Positions 59,146 through 64,000 of a stretch of DNA of 64,000 bases are shown piece after piece. The translations under genes were made by a program, and so were the position numbers. How positions within the stretch are numbered: the stretch's first letter is position 1; each line of letters opens with the position of its first letter. The notes beneath the pieces are model-generated. The model made no database searches. It saw nothing but the letters and a program-made list of their open reading frames with translations, and was not told the DNA's origin. The stretch comes from a virus. The DNA is taken from the IMG/VR virus record IMGVR_UViG_3300037247_001044, positions 6,831-70,830 of that record. One strand, given 5' to 3'.

Positions 59146-59313
59146 CGTCTCATTCGCCTCCCGTTGTCACGGAGTCTTCGTATCGTTGCAAAAAGTCGAG
59201 AATGCACCCACGCTCGGCGTCTCTCGTCGACCACCCCGGCCCATTGATTTTGGGGTATTCAGCGTCAAAAAATTGTCGCAACGATTTCACGATCGTTGTA
59301 TCTGGCGTATCGG

Positions 59314-60117
59314 TCATCGTCTCCACCTCCGGAATAGTCCCCGCCGTTGTGGTCGGCTGCTATAGCCACCGCCGGCCTCGTAGCCGATGTAACCCTCGCC
59401 CGACCCGGTGGTACCGACGAAAGACCGATCGTTATGGAGGTTGTCATGCAAATCTGGCCATTGGGCGTAGGTAAGCGAGTGGAGGTAGTTTGTCGACTGC
59501 CCGTGAGTTCCGATCAGGTGGTTCCCCAGGCACATGAGACAACCCATGTGCGGCCACGAATGCGTCGGCCCGGCTCGCCTCGCAAGTACCTCGTCCGCGA
59601 CCGGCTTCTCCAACACGATCCGCACCACATTGCCGTCAGCGTCAGATAACTCATGGACGTCGTAGCCAACCAGCGAGTCGGGTATCGGGGCAGCGTATTC
59701 CCGTTCGGCAGTCGCAATCCTCAATTCTGCAAACCGGCTGTCGGCACGTCCGGCAGATGGCTTGACCCTCGTTCCTTCCGATTCGGCCGCTGCTTCCCGA
59801 AACCAACTCCGCAAGACTTGCGCGCTCTGGCACCCAGACATTTGTTGCCAAGCGTGGCCCTTGATGAGCATCACAAAATGAGGCGTTTCCCACACCTGAC
59901 ACTGTCGGGCAAGGTTACTGTTGCTGGCTACGTCAACGTAATACACGGCAAAGTCATCGGAACGCAACTCTTGAACAATCTCTGAAACGCGTTCACACGG
60001 CTCGGCCCGAAAGATCAGTAGTGCCACATCTTCCGCAACGGGAACAACGACCTCGGAGTGTATCACCTCCGCCGGCGAACCCATTACCAGAAGGCTTGAC
60101 AAAACCAATGCAAACAT
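59314..60117 (-). CDS. secreted thioredoxin-like domain protein
   Basis: Signal peptide, FRAEPC..YVDV..LARQCQV.ETPHFV. Confidence 0.55.
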   Translation of the reverse strand: MFALVLSSLLVMGSPAEVIHSEVVVPVAEDVALLIFRAEPCERVSEIVQELRSDDFAVYYVDVASNSNLARQCQVWETPHFVMLIKGHAWQQMSGCQSAQVLRSWFREAAAESEGTRVKPSAGRADSRFAELRIATAEREYAAPIPDSLVGYDVHELSDADGNVVRIVLEKPVADEVLARRAGPTHSWPHMGCLMCLGNHLIGTHGQSTNYLHSLTYAQWPDLHDNLHNDRSFVGTTGSGEGYIGYEAGGGYSSRPQRRGLFRRWRR

Positions 60118-60129
60118 CGTAGATGTGTC

Positions 60130-61020
60130 CTAGACTGTGCCCCGGGGCAGAACGTCGAATTTGCTTAGGAGCTTTCCGTTCGCATCGAACCACTCAAGAA
60201 TTCCATACTCCACCGGGTTTGGTTCTGTCGGGTCCGTCGGGTCCTGTGGTTGAAACAGCCCGTAGCGTTTTACCACCTCGTCGATATCCCACGAATCCAA
60301 TTCGCGGACACTGGGATCATGGGCGGGCTGCATGATTCCGCGGCCACCATGCGGCAAACCGATGGCGTGCCCCACTTCGTGAGCAATCGTAGTCCACAAG
60401 AGTTGCCAAGCCCACGTGACGCGGCTGTTGTAGCTCTGGCTCAAATGCGTGGCACACGAGTTGTTTGGTAGCTCGCTCCAAGCCAGGATACCGCTTTGTT
60501 CTGCGTTCGCAGTTGCCGATACCCTGGCCTTGGACATACTTTCGATAGAGCTAAGCACCACGCCGGAAACCAGGTTCCACCGCGTAATCCCGTACTCCCA
60601 GGCATCCTGGATTGTTCTGCCTTGGCCGTCCGAAAACCGAAGAGAGCCTATTCGGTGGGCCGTAGTTACGTCGCGCTGGCACGGTTCGGGCCACTCAGAG
60701 AGATTGGCTCGCTTCTCCATAACATCAGGCAGCCCACAACGAAATCCGGCTTCCTGGATTGCACGTTCTTGGGTAACCGGTCCAAAAAAGCCATCCTCAA
60801 CAAGCGGCCGCATCCGTTGGTATGATTTGACGGCAGCCTTGAAGTCCTTGGAGGTCTCATCAACATCTAGAATTGACTCCCAAGGCCGAATGTGAGAAAC
60901 AAACCCGACGACAGGATCATGGAAATGACCCAAATCGAAAAGATATTGCCGGATATCACCAACCGATCTTAGGCCATATCCACTCGACCGTACTGCGCGT
61001 TCGATGAACTCCACGTTCAC
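60130..61020 (-). CDS. M10 (matrixin) metallopeptidase with peptidoglycan-binding-like prodomain; endolysin candidate
   Basis: AVKSYQ...LVEDGFFGPVT, RCGLPD cysteine switch, HEVGHAIGLPH, IMQP Met-turn. Confidence 0.8.
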   Translation of the reverse strand: MNVEFIERAVRSSGYGLRSVGDIRQYLFDLGHFHDPVVGFVSHIRPWESILDVDETSKDFKAAVKSYQRMRPLVEDGFFGPVTQERAIQEAGFRCGLPDVMEKRANLSEWPEPCQRDVTTAHRIGSLRFSDGQGRTIQDAWEYGITRWNLVSGVVLSSIESMSKARVSATANAEQSGILAWSELPNNSCATHLSQSYNSRVTWAWQLLWTTIAHEVGHAIGLPHGGRGIMQPAHDPSVRELDSWDIDEVVKRYGLFQPQDPTDPTEPNPVEYGILEWFDANGKLLSKFDVLPRGTV

Positions 61021-61670
61021 TGGACCACTCCTTTCGCAACCTTTGCGTACGCAACTGCCCATTGGGATTGGGTTACTAGGCGTAGCTCATCGAGAAGATG
61101 AATCGCCACCACGGCGTACCAAGACTGCCAATTGGACCGAAGGGTATCGTCGGCAAAAATACTGGCCTTCGTCGCCTTCATGACCGCATCGGAGCCACGA
61201 AGCTTTCCGGCCTCAATCTGCTTCGTGAGTTGCTTGAAAATCTCAGCAATCTCCGCCCGCTCGATTGGATCTGATTCAACTTTCGCGGTTTGTTCCATGA
61301 CAAATCGCACGAGGCTGTCCGTCTCGCCACCTGGGACGCCTCCTGAATCATCGCCAACCGCAATGCACCAACGGACATCCACCAGACCGTGCTTGGCGTC
61401 GGTCTTGAGGCTCACCGTGAGAGACCCGCCGTACCGGGTCTCCACCACCACGGCACCCTCCTCCGGGAACTCACGCCAGACGGGGTCATAGGGATCGCCG
61501 TCGACATCCTGGCCGGAGACCTCCCACGTGCAAGCAACGTCCGGTGGTGCGTCTAGGATGAGCAACTGGCCCACCTCAACCTGGTCGGGCCAGTCAAGGG
61601 CAGACAGCGACGACGACAGCAGTAGCAGCAGCACGAACACCCACGCAACGGCAATTGTTCGAGGTCTCAT
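61017..61670 (-). CDS. secreted/membrane hypothetical protein
   Basis: N-terminal signal peptide. Confidence 0.55.
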   Translation of the reverse strand: MRPRTIAVAWVFVLLLLLSSSLSALDWPDQVEVGQLLILDAPPDVACTWEVSGQDVDGDPYDPVWREFPEEGAVVVETRYGGSLTVSLKTDAKHGLVDVRWCIAVGDDSGGVPGGETDSLVRFVMEQTAKVESDPIERAEIAEIFKQLTKQIEAGKLRGSDAVMKATKASIFADDTLRSNWQSWYAVVAIHLLDELRLVTQSQWAVAYAKVAKGVVQ

Positions 61671-61680
61671 CTCATGGCTC

Positions 61681-61968
61681 CTACGCACCGGAGGGGGCAA
61701 TCCTAGCGAGATGGACGTCATTCGCATCATCCATCAACGAATCCAGTTCGTCGTCTGATAGCGCCTTGAGATCCGCGATGCCCTCTCTTGCCGCGGCACC
61801 TAGCGCGCGACCGCGAAGATTGGTGCTCTCTCGGAGAACACGTCGCATGGCCAAGTGCTCGCGCAGCTTCGGGCTCCTGAGCCCAGCCCTAATCTCGGCT
61901 TGGTCGCGCCTCTCCTGGCACATTGCGATGAACTCAAGAATCATGTCGAAAATCAACGCCCAATCCAT
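61681..61968 (-). CDS. hypothetical protein
   Basis: AAGGAG SD. Confidence 0.55.
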   Translation of the reverse strand: MDWALIFDMILEFIAMCQERRDQAEIRAGLRSPKLREHLAMRRVLRESTNLRGRALGAAAREGIADLKALSDDELDSLMDDANDVHLARIAPSGA

Positions 61969-62262
61969 TTTCAGACTCCTTGTGAAAGCTTGGAAAACCC
62001 GGCCAGGAATCGGCCGAGGAAAGAAAGCACTCCCCTACATGCGAGGGGTGCGAAGAAGTTACAAACCGCGGGCCCAGAAGAGAGAATGCAACGGGCAAGA
62101 AATGCGGACGGATAGCTCACGCGGCACCAGTTCGGGCGCGGGGCTGTCCACACATCGCCAGTCTAGGGGTAACGTCCGCGGAAGTCAAGAGAAAGCCCAG
62201 CCGGGTCCGTTTTGGCTGTGTGGGCAGCCCCCGCGGCGCGGGTCGGACTCCGGCTGGGTGAA

Positions 62263-63261
62263 TTAGAGCACTTTCGTTTTTGCAAACGGATGCCGGACCG
62301 ACGCCGGCTGCACACCAGCCCGCATCGACATCAGCAGTCCCGCGGCCTCCAGGTAGTTCTCGACCACGGTATGTTCTGGCGTTTGAACGGGGCCACAAAT
62401 CGTGTTCTCTCGAACCGCCATGACCGGGATGCGGTTCGCCATGCACGCTTCGTGAGGCGGTCCCCAGCACTTATAAGGGGAAATCAACACGTCCACGTCT
62501 CGCCACGAAAGCCCTCTGCCGATTCGAGGCGCGCGGTGCAAGCCCTTGAGCACACAATGCAGGTAGCAAGTGGAGATGGCCTCGGCAGCTATTCGAGGCA
62601 CCACCGGGTCCCTTTTGAAGACGAAATACAATTCCTCGTCGTCAGGCGACGTATTCTCCAGTGGTGCATGGGCTACAGGTTTGCCGAGCTTCTCCGAAAC
62701 GATCTTCGACAGCTTGGCCTCGATGCCCCCCCATGGGTTGATGCCGCCGTGCCGGTAGTACGCGAGCGCGACGTCAGGGGAAACTTCGATCGGTGTATGG
62801 ATTGCGAGCGCGTTAAAGTCAAGCTTACCCACGTCTAAAAGCAACTGAGCCACTCCGTCCAATTCGCCGCCAGCCCGAATACCCTGTTCGATTCGAGCGA
62901 CCATCTTCAGTGGTTCGGTTAGCTGCAAAATCTCCACGTGCGCGCCGATCGTGGCACGCGAGGCCGATACCGCATTGATAGTCTCGTTCGTTAGAGGCGG
63001 ATTGGCAACTACCAGAATCCTGTTGTAGGTCCGGACCCGTTCCAGTTCGATCTCGCCCCGCAAGAAGCGGTCGAGCATCGAACCCTCGACGTACAGCACG
63101 TTCTCTGGCATCTCGTTGATATCAGACGCGTTGACCACGTTGGGGTGAGTTATCAGCGTGTCGCAGCAACTTGCGAGCAGTTTCGCAACTGGATTCCCGT
63201 CACCGGCGTTGCCTCCAATGGCAGCCCCCACGCCGGTCGGGATGACGAGTACGGCAATCAT
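62263..63261 (-). CDS. DUF3326-family protein
   Basis: VIPTGVGAAIGGNAGD..LITHPNVVNAS..LYVEGSMLDRF..NYLEAAG. Confidence 0.8.
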   Translation of the reverse strand: MIAVLVIPTGVGAAIGGNAGDGNPVAKLLASCCDTLITHPNVVNASDINEMPENVLYVEGSMLDRFLRGEIELERVRTYNRILVVANPPLTNETINAVSASRATIGAHVEILQLTEPLKMVARIEQGIRAGGELDGVAQLLLDVGKLDFNALAIHTPIEVSPDVALAYYRHGGINPWGGIEAKLSKIVSEKLGKPVAHAPLENTSPDDEELYFVFKRDPVVPRIAAEAISTCYLHCVLKGLHRAPRIGRGLSWRDVDVLISPYKCWGPPHEACMANRIPVMAVRENTICGPVQTPEHTVVENYLEAAGLLMSMRAGVQPASVRHPFAKTKVL

Positions 63262-63262
63262 T

Positions 63263-63637
63263 TCAAATCCTTGTGATAACAGTAAAGTTGACTATCCTGC
63301 CGCCTGTGTATTCGCGCACGAAGTTCCGCACCGCAAACGCGTCAAACGGCTGACATGAGAAGACGTTCAAATACAATCTCTTCAATTCGTCCAGGGAGTG
63401 AATCGTGATGTTGCTCGTCCTGATGAACTGGACGGCCGACGTACCCTTCAGGTGCGGAGGAGCCTTGGCGTAGCCATCGGGGTCGTCATCGTAATCCCAG
63501 AAGTACAGATCCTCGCGGACCATGCCGAGAATTTGGCACAACCCAGCGCAGAACCGTTCAATCGTATCTCGCCCGAAGAGGCAACTATCGTGTACGTCGA
63601 TGATACATTCTCTACCGTATGGTTCGCGTTCTGGCAT
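63263..63637 (-). CDS. speD: S-adenosylmethionine decarboxylase-like proenzyme
   Basis: YG.ECIIDV..GTSAVQFIRTSNITIH..YLNVFSCQPFD. Confidence 0.75.
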   Translation of the reverse strand: MPEREPYGRECIIDVHDSCLFGRDTIERFCAGLCQILGMVREDLYFWDYDDDPDGYAKAPPHLKGTSAVQFIRTSNITIHSLDELKRLYLNVFSCQPFDAFAVRNFVREYTGGRIVNFTVITRI

Positions 63638-63690
63638 TGTCGTTGTCCTTTGTTTATGTATTTCGCGGGTCGGACTCCGGCTGGGCGAAT

Positions 63691-63963
63691 TCAGTTACTC
63701 TCGTGTGACTCTTCCATGCCATTCTTTGCCTTTTTAAGAACGGCCTTAATAACCCCTAACCGAGCGGCATGCTCGGGCGTCCCGGGTGTGTTGCCGCGAC
63801 CAAGATATTCATCCACGGGCATTTTTATGGACCTGAATCGCGACTCGACTCCGTCCCGCCAAAACATGGCACGTAGTTTGCCGTCTCTTTGCTCATTGCC
63901 GATTGCCTTAGCCATGTCGTTCGCTGCCTTTTCGGCAAAGTACAACCTGGCCTCCAGCGACAT
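63691..63963 (-). CDS. hypothetical protein
   Basis: 90-aa ORF on the coding strand. Confidence 0.45.
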   Translation of the reverse strand: MSLEARLYFAEKAANDMAKAIGNEQRDGKLRAMFWRDGVESRFRSIKMPVDEYLGRGNTPGTPEHAARLGVIKAVLKKAKNGMEESHESN

Positions 63964-64000
63964 GATGCACAGTCGTAGCTCTTGCTCCGTACACGGTTCG

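Noticed and set aside
1-64000. Integrase/att site, reverse transcriptase or DGR
   Set aside because: No tyrosine/serine recombinase or RT motifs recognised and no adenine-specific TR/VR pair seen in this window

Overview
This window is a 64-kb stretch of a GC-rich, probably temperate tailed (siphovirus-like) phage or prophage. A Planctomycetota host is inferred from protein style and is not proven. Almost all genes are on the minus strand. In transcription order (right to left) the modules are: DUF3326/SpeD cassette, M10 peptidase and secreted proteins, a tRNA-like structured RNA, large virion proteins with an antisense HNH gene, accessory ORFs, terminase, head, tail, a glycan-modification cluster, a repressor switch, and recombination/replication genes. 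The standout is a self-contained locus between terminase and portal (38.5-41.7 kb). It has a sigma70 promoter and 35 hand-counted dual-spacer repeat units of about 45 bp (two 9-nt variable segments each). It also has a nuclease-less IS110/Nop-domain protein with a DnaJ-type Zn finger and an unknown 165-aa partner. This is best read as a variant TIGR-Tas RNA-guided system, with three guide units embedded in-frame in the protein gene. A second genome-wide pattern is accessory genes bounded by 15-28-bp direct repeats that copy a gene end and/or Shine-Dalgarno region. All family calls come from motif recognition by eye; no database searches were run.
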